From positions 1 to 41,504 of IMG/VR virus record IMGVR_UViG_3300033485_000040: 41,504 bases of DNA; one strand, given 5' to 3'. The position numbers and the translations under genes are program-made. Shown here piece by piece: positions 1 to 7,903 of this stretch (positions are counted from its first letter, which is position 1; each line of letters begins with the position of its first letter). This DNA comes from a virus (Duplodnaviria > Caudoviricetes). Under the pieces are notes generated by a model. That model was not told the DNA's origin, did not search any database, and was given only the letters and a program-made list of their open reading frames with translations.

Positions 1-127
1 AGTGAATCAATCATGCAGCGGATTGGGGGCTCAGTCAATTGGCTCATAAACAACCGCGATTTTGCTGTTTACGATTTCACGGCAAACGGAAATTTCACCG
101 TTCCCGCTGGCATCAATTCTGTTTTCG
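1..127. repeat. Terminal direct repeat, copy 1 (circular assembly overlap)
   Basis: Bases 1-127 are identical to 41378-41504; 127 is a common assembler k-mer size. Confidence 0.95.
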
Positions 128-924
128 TTTTTGGCGTCGGGGGCGGGGGCGGGGGTGGCGGGGGTTCCGGGGGTGATGCCAACACCGGGGCTTTTCCCGC
201 TGACAACATCCCGCGCGGGGGCGGGGGCGGGGGCGGCGGCGGTGCTGCAAAAGGGGAATTGCTTTGCATCCCTGTCACCCCGGGGGCCATCATTCCAGTT
301 GCAATCGGTGTGGGCGGAACCGGCGGGGCCGCAGGAACGGGCGGGAATTTAACGTCAACCGACGGCATGGCGGGGGTGGCTGGAAACCCATCACAATTTG
401 GCGATTATGCGGTTTTTGCCCCGGGTGAGGGGGGAACCCCTGGAAACCGGGGCCGCTATTCGGACGCGTTCGCCGCCCTTGGTGGTAACGGCGGCGGCCA
501 TGCGGCGTGGGCGGTATTGAGCGGCGGCCAGCGCGCGGGCGGGGCGGGCGTTAATGGAAAGCAATATGGCGGCGGGAGTGGCGGGCAGGCTGCGGTTGGT
601 GGCGGCACGGGCTTCGCCGGTGGCGCTGGTGATTATGGTTTAGGTGCCGCCGGGGGTGCTGCGGGTACGGGCGGCGGCGGTCAACCCGGCGGCGGTGGCG
701 GCGGCGGTTCCGCATCAGTTTTCGGCAATGGCGGGGCTGGAGGAACGTCGGGTAGTTGGGATAACGCGGCGCCTGCGGTCGCTGGTGGGGCTGGAAGCGG
801 CGAAGGTTCCGGCGGGGGTGGCGGTGGCGGGGGCGGCGCAAACGCCGTTCCTGCGGGCTATAACGGCGCCGCCGGGGGTAACGGCAAGGCTGGCCGGGTC
901 ATTGTTTTCTGCCCGAAAATGTAG
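1..924 (+). CDS. Glycine-rich tail fibre/adhesin-like virion protein, 3' part (true start at 41312 across the join, about 329 aa)
   Basis: FTVPAGI..V.V..VGGGGGGG motif followed by many GGxG runs, typical of glycine-rich phage tail proteins; frame is continuous with ATG 41312. Confidence 0.75.
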   Translation, partial: SESIMQRIGGSVNWLINNRDFAVYDFTANGNFTVPAGINSVFVFGVGGGGGGGGGSGGDANTGAFPADNIPRGGGGGGGGGAAKGELLCIPVTPGAIIPVAIGVGGTGGAAGTGGNLTSTDGMAGVAGNPSQFGDYAVFAPGEGGTPGNRGRYSDAFAALGGNGGGHAAWAVLSGGQRAGGAGVNGKQYGGGSGGQAAVGGGTGFAGGAGDYGLGAAGGAAGTGGGGQPGGGGGGGSASVFGNGGAGGTSGSWDNAAPAVAGGAGSGEGSGGGGGGGGGANAVPAGYNGAAGGNGKAGRVIVFCPKM

Positions 925-1065
925 GTGTACGGTTTTTTGCATACAAATCCGAGCTAAAAGTCTGTTTCTTTATATACAGTTATTCCGATAAACACAAAAA
1001 CGATTTAAGAGAATAATTCATTTCGACAGTTTTCCGGCAGTCCAATGTTCATCGTCATTCTGTGC

Positions 1066-1209
1066 TCATGCGGGCACTACCTTATAGACACCGAAGATAA
1101 GCAAAGTGAACATTTTAATCCAATAAAGAGCTGATACAAATGTCAAGATGCTGATAGCTATCCTGGTAACCTGCCAACATACATTTGCCACTAACGAAAT
1201 AGCCTTCAA
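1066..1209 (-). CDS. Small hydrophobic membrane protein (47 aa, MKAISLVANVCWQVTRIAISILTFVSALYWIKMFTLLIFGVYKVVPA), not in ORF track
   Basis: Translated by hand; GGAGG RBS; TTG start overlaps the upstream stop (TTGA). Confidence 0.6.
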   Translation of the reverse strand: MKAISLVANVCWQVTRIAISILTFVSALYWIKMFTLLIFGVYKVVPA

Positions 1210-1427
1210 TTTTCCTCCCATTTATTATTGTTTTTCAAGTGAAAATCCTTTCCATCCTTGCAAGTTATCGACACTGGATTGTATGAACTGGGATAAAAAC
1301 CTCCGTGACTCTCACATAATTTTTCCGCAGACTTTCTCGCTCGGCAGTATGACTTTCCTGGCCCGAAATCAACAATCCAATCGCAAGTTGAACATCCGCA
1401 AAGTAAAATAAAAATCAATGACTTCAT
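1206..1427 (-). CDS. Small Cys-rich putative lipoprotein
   Basis: MKSLIFILLCGC signal/lipobox-like N-terminus; ATGA overlap with upstream gene; GGAGG RBS. Confidence 0.6.
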   Translation of the reverse strand: MKSLIFILLCGCSTCDWIVDFGPGKSYCRARKSAEKLCESHGGFYPSSYNPVSITCKDGKDFHLKNNNKWEEN

Positions 1428-1912
1428 TTCCCCTCCACCCTGATCTTTTCGAGTGCCTTCGTTGCAATTTTGTTGGTCAATGTGCTGGTCCCAACTTCAA
1501 CAATGATTTCTTCCAGCGCGGTTATCGCTATGGCCAGCTTCTCTTTCAACGCGCGTAACTCCTGATGATATTGGGCCTCAATCTTGTCAAGATCATGCCG
1601 GATGGTTTCTTTCAACTCACCCCGTTCCGCCTCAACTTCCTCAAGCTTGCGACTCATGTGGTAGACCTTGTCGGTGAGGGAGTCCCGCTCCTTGATGGCG
1701 GCGTCGTAGGCGCTGCTTATAACAAGCTCGTACTCTTCACCAAGGATGTCTTTGTTTAAACGAAGACGTATTGGTTTCGGCCCTAGCCCGTCGTGTTCAT
1801 TTGTCATTATTAACTCCTCTAAAGTTTTCGCTTTGATTTCTGATTGAATCTCTCGCGGAAGTGGGACGATGTATGCGCTTGTGCCGAAACAAAATTCTGG
1901 AACATCACTCAC
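1424..1912 (-). CDS. Hypothetical coiled-coil protein
   Basis: GAGG RBS, overlap with upstream gene, heptad-rich C-terminal half. Confidence 0.7.
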   Translation of the reverse strand: MSDVPEFCFGTSAYIVPLPREIQSEIKAKTLEELIMTNEHDGLGPKPIRLRLNKDILGEEYELVISSAYDAAIKERDSLTDKVYHMSRKLEEVEAERGELKETIRHDLDKIEAQYHQELRALKEKLAIAITALEEIIVEVGTSTLTNKIATKALEKIRVEGK

Positions 1913-2303
1913 TTGGGACCTCTAAGCGTTTCCAGCCAAGTAATTCAAGAATGCCGGAAACAGAAGTGTTTGGGTTTTTATCAGCCACCGCATCAAAAGA
2001 GGTTTCAAAAGATTCCCCATCGAATTCACTCATTTCGGTTAGCGGAGAAAAGAAATCGTCTTCGATCCTAAGTTTTGCGACGTGGCCGTCTTTTGTAAAC
2101 AGGTGGTGTCCTGGTTCACCCTTAAGCAATGGCTCAACCACAAAATCTATAAAATCATCCGATTGATTCTGTCCACTGATAAATTCGGAAAGCGCCTCGT
2201 GATAATCTTCATACTGATCTTTGTTGTCGTTAAAAAACAACCTAGCCGCTATTCTTCGCTTATCTTCTTTGGTTATCTCACTCATCTTCCCGTCCTCCTT
2301 CAC
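1905..2303 (-). CDS. Hypothetical acidic protein (start probably MSEITK, after GGAGGA RBS)
   Basis: ORF in tightly packed minus-strand operon. Confidence 0.7.
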   Translation of the reverse strand: MKEDGKMSEITKEDKRRIAARLFFNDNKDQYEDYHEALSEFISGQNQSDDFIDFVVEPLLKGEPGHHLFTKDGHVAKLRIEDDFFSPLTEMSEFDGESFETSFDAVADKNPNTSVSGILELLGWKRLEVPSE

Positions 2304-2309
2304 TTGGGG

Positions 2310-2537
2310 TTAAATAAGCCCGCCGTCATTTGCAGGATAATCTTCGACGCCCGAATTTTCTTTTTCTTCTCTTAGAATCCGCCCGATAGTAGAAAATGAA
2401 ATTTTGAATCCCTCAACCCTAAGCTTCACCTCCATGTCCCGTAAAGAAAACCCCTCATGGGCCAGAGCAAGAATACGATTCTTAGCTTTTCTAGAAACCT
2501 TCCAATCAATAGCTTTTCTGCAATGCGGGCATATCAT
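2310..2537 (-). CDS. HTH DNA-binding protein with N-terminal CxxC
   Basis: MICPHC; GFSLRDMEVKL...ISFSTIGRIL helix-turn-helix pattern. Confidence 0.7.
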   Translation of the reverse strand: MICPHCRKAIDWKVSRKAKNRILALAHEGFSLRDMEVKLRVEGFKISFSTIGRILREEKENSGVEDYPANDGGLI

Positions 2538-2554
2538 CCCCTACTCCCTTCCAA

Positions 2555-2575
2555 GCCCCCAGAAAATCCAGGGGC
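2555..2575 (-). terminator. Stem-loop downstream of the XRE gene
   Basis: GCCCCUGGA-UUU-UCUGGGGGC 9-bp stem with G-U pairs; only a weak U-tract. Confidence 0.3.
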
Positions 2576-2579
2576 GCGG

Positions 2580-2831
2580 TTATTTCAAAACATTCTTTCG
2601 CCCACACTCAGAACAAATGTTTACTTCAAAAAGTTCTATACCTTTGAAAAGCCTATTGATGATTGCGAAAGATGCGTTCATTTTTCCAGCTTCGATCTTT
2701 GATATAGTCACAGACCTAATATCGGTTAAGCGACCAAGCTCCTCTTGAGAACAGTTTTTTGCTTCGCGCTTCTTCTTCATTTCAATGCCGATATTTTTTA
2801 GGCAAGCTCTGTCTGCGTCCGTTAGTTTCAT
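2580..2831 (-). CDS. XRE-family HTH regulator with C-terminal CxxC
   Basis: SQEELGRLTDIRSVTISKIEAG XRE signature; GGAGG RBS; ends ICSECGRK. Confidence 0.85.
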   Translation of the reverse strand: MKLTDADRACLKNIGIEMKKKREAKNCSQEELGRLTDIRSVTISKIEAGKMNASFAIINRLFKGIELFEVNICSECGRKNVLK

Positions 2832-2877
2832 CTCACCCTCCTTTGGACTTTGGTTTACGTTTTGAAATCTGGGTTCA

Positions 2878-2922
2878 TTTCATGACAACCTTAGCTAGAT
2901 TTTCATGACAAAGTTATCATGA
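2878..2922. promoter_or_regulatory. Candidate operator repeats upstream of the XRE gene
   Basis: TTTCATGACAA at 2878-2888 and 2901-2911, plus a third TCATGA at 2917-2922. Confidence 0.45.
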
Positions 2923-3057
2923 ATCTTCAAACCACCTATGACAGAACACACATTGAGCCCGCCTAATATCTGGATAGACCGGATCAACCCAAAAATACTG
3001 CTTAAAACTTCTTTCGGCAAATCTGTGAAAGCCGAGTAAGCATTTAATTTTCCTCAT
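2917..3057 (-). CDS. Small Zn-binding prophage-type protein, DUF1660-like (46 aa), not in ORF track
   Basis: MRKIKCLLGFHRF...QCVFCH, a C-x4-H...C-x2-C pattern; ATGA overlap with upstream stop. Confidence 0.7.
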   Translation of the reverse strand: MRKIKCLLGFHRFAERSFKQYFWVDPVYPDIRRAQCVFCHRWFEDS

Positions 3058-3383
3058 CCCCAAAATCCTTTATTCTTAGCGCGGAAAGCTGCGAGAGCTG
3101 CGCAGCGAATACACTTATTAGATTGTTTAACCCTGCATCGCGTGCCCACTGTGTAAATCTGCCGACATCCTATATCCTTCAAAGCCTTCACCAACTGCTT
3201 CACACTTTCCACGTCAACGGCGGGAGTCGCTTGGTTAGCGGGATGCCCCGGATAGTCGAAGCAATTTATGTAAGGGCCAGTCCAATTGCACCTATTGCAT
3301 TTTGCGTCTCCATCTGGGCGTCGTTCGATTGTCAAATTTCGAGCCTTGCAAATTGGACATTCCGGTAAGTTACATTCACTCAT
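3054..3383 (-). CDS. Cys-rich zinc-ribbon hypothetical protein (start revised to MSECNLPECPIC)
   Basis: AAGGGG RBS before ATG 3383; multiple CxxC motifs. Confidence 0.65.
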   Translation of the reverse strand: MSECNLPECPICKARNLTIERRPDGDAKCNRCNWTGPYINCFDYPGHPANQATPAVDVESVKQLVKALKDIGCRQIYTVGTRCRVKQSNKCIRCAALAAFRAKNKGFWG

Positions 3384-3384
3384 A

Positions 3385-3486
3385 CTATTCCCCTTTCGGT
3401 GGCTGTGGGGTTGGCAGCCAATGTGTTGCACAGCATATAGTGTCACCGCTAAACACATCTTCCCAAGCTTTCTGTGCGTCGATCAC
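3385..3486 (-). CDS. 33-aa DUF551-like fragment (MIDAQKAWEDVFSGDTICCATHWLPTPQPPKGE)
   Basis: THW.P.P.PP is the C-terminal signature of DUF551 phage proteins; GGAGG RBS; GTGA overlap. Confidence 0.55.
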   Translation of the reverse strand: MIDAQKAWEDVFSGDTICCATHWLPTPQPPKGE

Positions 3487-3671
3487 ACTTGCCTCCAAAG
3501 TAACTGCCTAAGTCTAGACACAACCCAAAAAGGATTGAGATTTGATTTTTCATTCCTAATGGCAGCGTCATAGATTTCAATTAAGATGCTTCTAACTCGA
3601 TTTAGAAACTCAACCTCTGCCTCAAGTTCTCTAATTCGCTTTTCGTAGTTGTGACGACTTTTCGGGCTCAT
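3483..3671 (-). CDS. Hypothetical protein
   Basis: ATGA-coupled, GGAG RBS, short coiled coil. Confidence 0.65.
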   Translation of the reverse strand: MSPKSRHNYEKRIRELEAEVEFLNRVRSILIEIYDAAIRNEKSNLNPFWVVSRLRQLLWRQV

Positions 3672-4045
3672 GACTCACACTCCATTTCTGCCAGGCGCTT
3701 GAACCATTTTATATTTTCGAAAAAAGTCTTAAACTCTTCGTCGTCTCTAAAAAGTCGGGATGTTATATAGTATTTGCCAGCATGAAGGTGGGCATACTGC
3801 GCCCGCATCACTTTTGGTTTTGATGGTTCGTATGGTTTTGGTGGCTCGTAGGGGAGCCAACTCGACGATAAGTTTTCAGAGAAAAAGGATATGCCGCTCT
3901 CGGTCTCGCCAATCCAAGTACCCGCACTGGTTCTCGCTATAACTTTGAAAAAATTTCTTGGTTCCCATCTACTATGAGCCACACAAAACGGAAACTTCTC
4001 GCCGCCCTCTTTGAAAATTTGTTTGATTGTTTTTGGTGTGCTCAT
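3668..4045 (-). CDS. Hypothetical protein (start revised to MSTPK)
   Basis: TAATG stop/start overlap and GGAG RBS. Confidence 0.7.
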   Translation of the reverse strand: MSTPKTIKQIFKEGGEKFPFCVAHSRWEPRNFFKVIARTSAGTWIGETESGISFFSENLSSSWLPYEPPKPYEPSKPKVMRAQYAHLHAGKYYITSRLFRDDEEFKTFFENIKWFKRLAEMECES

Positions 4046-4503
4046 TACTTTTTCCTCCATTCGTTTTCATCGTAAGTTGAGATTAGATACGCGAGAACGT
4101 CCAGCTGACGCTCGCGTTCGGTGGCGTCGGTGGCGTCGGTGGCGGCGTAGGTGGCGTAGGCGGCGGCGTAGGTGGCGTAGGCGGCGGCGTTGGCGGCGGC
4201 GGCGGCGTAGGCGGCGGCGTTGGCGGCGGCGGCGGCGTAGGCGGCGGCGGCGGCGTAGGCGGCGGCGCAGGCGTAGGCGTATGCTTGAGCACTAACCGCG
4301 CAGTCAATCGCGAACGTTTCAACGAGTTCTCGCGGCATCAACCGCACAGAAATCCATATTTTGTCCTCTGGAGTTATTTTCTTTAAAGCTAAAAATCCTA
4401 GAATGTCTCCGTCCCACCCAGGGTAGTGTTGCTTCCAGTTGTCAAACCTATCTTGGCAGGGTTTAAGTCTTGAAATTACTTTAGCATTAATTCTGATTTT
4501 CAT
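4045..4503 (-). CDS. Protein with Ala-rich AAY/AAN/ATD repeat tract
   Basis: Coupled ORF; FAIDCA followed by a low-complexity tract and ERERQ, a layout seen in many small phage proteins. Confidence 0.8.
   Translation of the reverse strand: MKIRINAKVISRLKPCQDRFDNWKQHYPGWDGDILGFLALKKITPEDKIWISVRLMPRELVETFAIDCAVSAQAYAYACAAAYAAAAAYAAAAANAAAYAAAAANAAAYATYAAAYATYAATDATDATERERQLDVLAYLISTYDENEWRKK
4120..4281 (-). repeat. GCC-based trinucleotide minisatellite with nested 30-, 21- and 9-bp duplications
   Basis: (GCC)n interrupted by TAC/AAC/ACC/GAC codons. Confidence 0.9.
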
Positions 4504-4691
4504 TTCTTTTCCCTTCTCTCGGCTAAGTACCTCTTACAAGCCGCGATAAACAAGTCATGCCAAGTTAGCCCGTCCGCATGAAGGGCCATTTTTACCCGCG
4601 CAGCAAGAACGGGATCAATACGAAGGGCCACATTGGTCTTTTCCGCTGTGCGGGTTTTCTTTGGCAAAAATTTCAAAAGGCGGGATTTCAT
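4500..4691 (-). CDS. Putative ribbon-helix-helix DNA-binding protein
   Basis: TNVALRID beta pattern followed by two amphipathic helices. Confidence 0.6.
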   Translation of the reverse strand: MKSRLLKFLPKKTRTAEKTNVALRIDPVLAARVKMALHADGLTWHDLFIAACKRYLAERREKK

Positions 4692-5122
4692 TTCTTTCCT
4701 TTCTTAGAACACTCGTTTTTCAGGTAACTAAAAAAGCGCGTTTGGTCCCAATGGTCAAGGCCTCGCGCAAAAGGCCGCAAAAGCTTTATTGCCTGCACAA
4801 TATCGGGGTGGAGCTTTTTGATTTTCATTTCTTTACGCTTTTGCGCGCGGGCTTCACGCACGCAAATCTTTTGCGCTTCGTAATTCATAGATTCCTGGGC
4901 GGTCGGGTGAAGCGTTTGGATTTCGGGGCGTTCTGGAAATGCGCATTTGATTCTGCCCTCTTCCGACACTAGATAGCTCTCACCAAAATAAATTCCCCTA
5001 ATGCCTGTGAAATGGTATGACTCTCCTTCCCCGTCACGGAAAACCTGGACAATTTTGTTTATGACGGTTATTTGCTCACCCAAAAACAAAATTTCCTTGG
5101 TGTATATGGATTTAGCACTCAT
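4688..5122 (-). CDS. Hypothetical protein (start revised to MSAKS)
   Basis: GGGGGG RBS before ATG 5122; ATGA overlap downstream. Confidence 0.7.
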   Translation of the reverse strand: MSAKSIYTKEILFLGEQITVINKIVQVFRDGEGESYHFTGIRGIYFGESYLVSEEGRIKCAFPERPEIQTLHPTAQESMNYEAQKICVREARAQKRKEMKIKKLHPDIVQAIKLLRPFARGLDHWDQTRFFSYLKNECSKKGKK

Positions 5123-5169
5123 TGCACGCCCCCCTGTCCTTCGCCCAGATATAAAATGCGGGATTTCAT
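5119..5169 (-). CDS. 16-aa mini-ORF MKSRILYLGEGQGGVQ
   Basis: GGAGG RBS; ATGA overlaps at both ends. Confidence 0.4.
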   Translation of the reverse strand: MKSRILYLGEGQGGVQ

Positions 5170-5399
5170 TTTGGCCTCCTAGCAAAAATTACGAAGCCAC
5201 CCCACACTCGCCCATAGTACCAATCAATCCCAGTGCGCGAATCATTCAATAGAGCAACTGCATCTTCGGCCTCAACCTCCGAGGTTACTTTGAACACCTC
5301 AATATCATTTCCAGGGTCTTCTTCCATTTTATCTCGGGCAATCTCGACGCAGGCCCCAACGTCCAAATGCAGTTGTATTCCATCTTTGAGTTCTTTCAT
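5166..5399 (-). CDS. Hypothetical acidic protein
   Basis: Strong AGGAGGT RBS; first gene after an intergenic region. Confidence 0.75.
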   Translation of the reverse strand: MKELKDGIQLHLDVGACVEIARDKMEEDPGNDIEVFKVTSEVEAEDAVALLNDSRTGIDWYYGRVWGGFVIFARRPK

Positions 5400-5501
5400 T
5401 ATTCACCTCCTATTATTTTTCGTTTTTGCCGACCGCTCTCGTAATATCTGGAAAATTGGGTGTCTTATTGGCAAATCGACTTACATCCCCCTTACATTTT
5501 C

Positions 5502-5542
5502 AGAATAGCAAGCTTTCCGGCAAAATGCACGCAATTTTGCGT
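5502..5542 (-). promoter_or_regulatory. Possible early promoter with upstream palindrome
   Basis: Extended -10 TGcTATTCT (5502-5510) and palindrome ACGCAA-TT-TTGCGT (5529-5542). Confidence 0.3.
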
Positions 5543-5564
5543 TATTGTCTCAAACCGGGCCGAA

Positions 5565-7649
5565 CTATTTCCTATAACGGGGGCCTCGCCAACCTTTTGC
5601 CTCTATTGGCATTCCCATTGCCCATTTAGGGGGCTCACATAGAATTTTTACAAATTCCTCTAAATCACCCCCACCAATTTGACGCTCGCAAATGCCCTCA
5701 TCGTGTACTGCAAAAAGCCCCCTATATCCTCGCTTTTCGAGACGAAGCAAAGCAGGCATCATTAAATCTCGTGCGGTGGCCTGAACAATATTCTCCGTTA
5801 GGGTTCCGCCCCAAGTTCTTTCAAGGGCGAGCTTCTTTTTGCTTTTGTCGAGTCCCATAAATTCCAGTGTCTTACGGGGGCCGTATTCGGTCTCACGCCA
5901 TGCAATTTGGGGTTCCCGGTAGGCCAAACGCCGTCCAGAAGGCAGCTCTATCCAGAGAAAATTATTTTCGCAGAAAAACTTACATTTGTTTACATACCAA
6001 AACCCCCCATTTTCGACAGCCCCGACGGCGGCTTTTTCAACGGCTTTCCACATTGCAGGCACGGCAGGATTGGCGGCCCGGTAATTATAAACCGCATCCC
6101 TCGCTTGCTCATCTGTTAGTTTTAGCCGATGCATATCCCAAGCGGTTGACTTAAATTTTGGTGGACCCATCCCGAATTGGCACCCCAAAATTTGAGCCTT
6201 ACCAAGCTGTCGGTCGAGACTATCCTCTTCAATTTCTTCATATTTTTTGCCGGTATTTTGTGCGGCCTGGTATTTGTAGGGGTCTTTGCCTTCTCGTAAA
6301 ATTTTTAGCCCCGGCACATTGTCAGCGAGAAACCAACAAACCGCGACCTCGATTTTTGAAAAGTCAGCAACAAACAATTCACAGCCTTTAGAGGGGAGTA
6401 TCAAGTTCCGAAGTATCGCGGAAAAAACCAAACCCAAATCAGGGCCGTACAAAATTTTAAGCATCTCGGTGTCGCATTCAACAACATTTTCAACCGTCGC
6501 GTAGGGCCGGGCTTTATCAACCTTCATTAGACCGCGCGGGAAATTATGGATTTGTATTCCTGTGCCCGTGTCCCTCCCAGTAGAAGCTCCATGATAAAGC
6601 GTGAGGTCCCGCACGCGCCCGTCAGTATTCATCCGGTTTAGAAAGGAATAATATTTTTTGGTGGACGAGAGCGAAAGTGCTTTTCTAATTTCCAGAAGCC
6701 TTCGCCCGTCTTCGGTTAGGATAAATCCATCAAGGTTGTCTTTTACCGTACTGGCTCGCATATCGGGTAAATTAATACCGTCTAGAGCCAAAAATTCCAG
6801 AATTGATTTTACTGCGCCGGGTTTGGTAACGAGACCCATCGTCAACTTGTCAAGCTCTTTTAGTTTTATTTTCTTATCAGCTTCCATGATGCCAACAACT
6901 TTTTGAACGGTCTCAATATCGACCGCAAGCCCCCGCCAATTGAGAGCTTGGTTGTAATGCCAAAGTTCCAGCTCTGAGGGAATAAGATCAGGAAGCACGT
7001 CGTCCAGTTCTTCCTCGGCCCTCACGTCTATTTTGCAATACTGATACAAAACCTCGTAAACATCCGGTGCGTCTTCGGGAGTAATAAAAACCTTTGGTTC
7101 CGGTGCGGCAGCAATGGCGCGCTTTTTAGCACCAAGTTTTTTGCCTTGCAAAAGCTCCTCGTTTGCTTTCTTCCAAGCGTTCCATGCTCGCGTCGGCTTG
7201 CAGGTGAGCATCATCGCATTATAGCCGCGCTTGTCTTTTTGAATTGAAAGCCGCATTGCTTCACCCGCGCCCTCTAAATTGCGGGGCAGAGCGCAGGCGG
7301 CGGCTTTTGCCGCCGTACAACGTCGAAGGCGCTGCGGAATTGGGGGCCAGCCGTACCGTTTGACAAGGATATTGTCGTAAATACAGCGCTCAAAAAAAGA
7401 GTTGTGGGCTGAAAATTCGTATTCGTCCTCAATCCAACCGCACCAAAGTTTTTTCAGGCGTTCAGGCTGTTCCGCCCAGGGCCGATTGACTGCGTAGTAG
7501 TCCAGAAAATAAATTTTCTTTTCGCCATGTTTTTTAAAAGCCAGACAAGTTGGGCGGGTTGATGGGTCGAGACTATATTTATAGGCAGCTTCTTTTTTGA
7601 GATTTGATTTCGATTGAGTTTCGAAATCATGGGTTATGCGTTTTTTCAA
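5565..7649 (-). CDS. polA: Phage family A DNA polymerase with 3'-5' exonuclease (SPO2/APSE-like)
   Basis: Exo motifs DFET, HNSFFE, YCKID; motif A DFSKIE, motif B RQLGKAQILGCQFG, motif C VHDE; TTG start overlaps upstream stop. Confidence 0.95.
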   Translation of the reverse strand: MKKRITHDFETQSKSNLKKEAAYKYSLDPSTRPTCLAFKKHGEKKIYFLDYYAVNRPWAEQPERLKKLWCGWIEDEYEFSAHNSFFERCIYDNILVKRYGWPPIPQRLRRCTAAKAAACALPRNLEGAGEAMRLSIQKDKRGYNAMMLTCKPTRAWNAWKKANEELLQGKKLGAKKRAIAAAPEPKVFITPEDAPDVYEVLYQYCKIDVRAEEELDDVLPDLIPSELELWHYNQALNWRGLAVDIETVQKVVGIMEADKKIKLKELDKLTMGLVTKPGAVKSILEFLALDGINLPDMRASTVKDNLDGFILTEDGRRLLEIRKALSLSSTKKYYSFLNRMNTDGRVRDLTLYHGASTGRDTGTGIQIHNFPRGLMKVDKARPYATVENVVECDTEMLKILYGPDLGLVFSAILRNLILPSKGCELFVADFSKIEVAVCWFLADNVPGLKILREGKDPYKYQAAQNTGKKYEEIEEDSLDRQLGKAQILGCQFGMGPPKFKSTAWDMHRLKLTDEQARDAVYNYRAANPAVPAMWKAVEKAAVGAVENGGFWYVNKCKFFCENNFLWIELPSGRRLAYREPQIAWRETEYGPRKTLEFMGLDKSKKKLALERTWGGTLTENIVQATARDLMMPALLRLEKRGYRGLFAVHDEGICERQIGGGDLEEFVKILCEPPKWAMGMPIEAKGWRGPRYRK

Positions 7650-7903
7650 AACGGGCACCCACCTGCAAAATAACAACAGTTAGAAACCTCGTGTCCCCCC
7701 GGGCGACGGTTTAGCTTATACAGCCCTAATATTTGTTTTTCGGTAAGAAAACCTTTTCGCTTAAAATGTTTCTCGCATGAAGTAACAAATGACTGCAGTT
7801 CTGCATTGCCCGCGTTTTCACGGCCAAACTTTATTGCGTTTTGTGCCGAGGTAACTTTCTCTTTATTCTTTAAAACACAATAGACCGCAAAAGTTTGGAT
7901 CAT
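7646..7903 (-). CDS. Hypothetical protein
   Basis: Coupled ORF with GAGG RBS; FVTSCEKHF...LTEKQ. Confidence 0.7.
   Translation of the reverse strand: MIQTFAVYCVLKNKEKVTSAQNAIKFGRENAGNAELQSFVTSCEKHFKRKGFLTEKQILGLYKLNRRPGGHEVSNCCYFAGGCPF

Noticed and set aside
1-127. Biological terminal repeat or att site
   Set aside because: Length matches a typical assembly k-mer and it lies inside a gene
62-991. Alternative ORFs overlapping the glycine-rich gene
   Set aside because: Stop-poor shadow frames of GC-rich glycine codons
925-1065. Bidirectional terminator between the converging arms
   Set aside because: Expected here, but I found no convincing hairpin
4011-4322. Protamine-like poly-Arg ORF (+) and poly-Pro ORF (-)
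   Set aside because: Shadow frames of the GCC minisatellite; only the Ala frame has RBS and stop/start coupling
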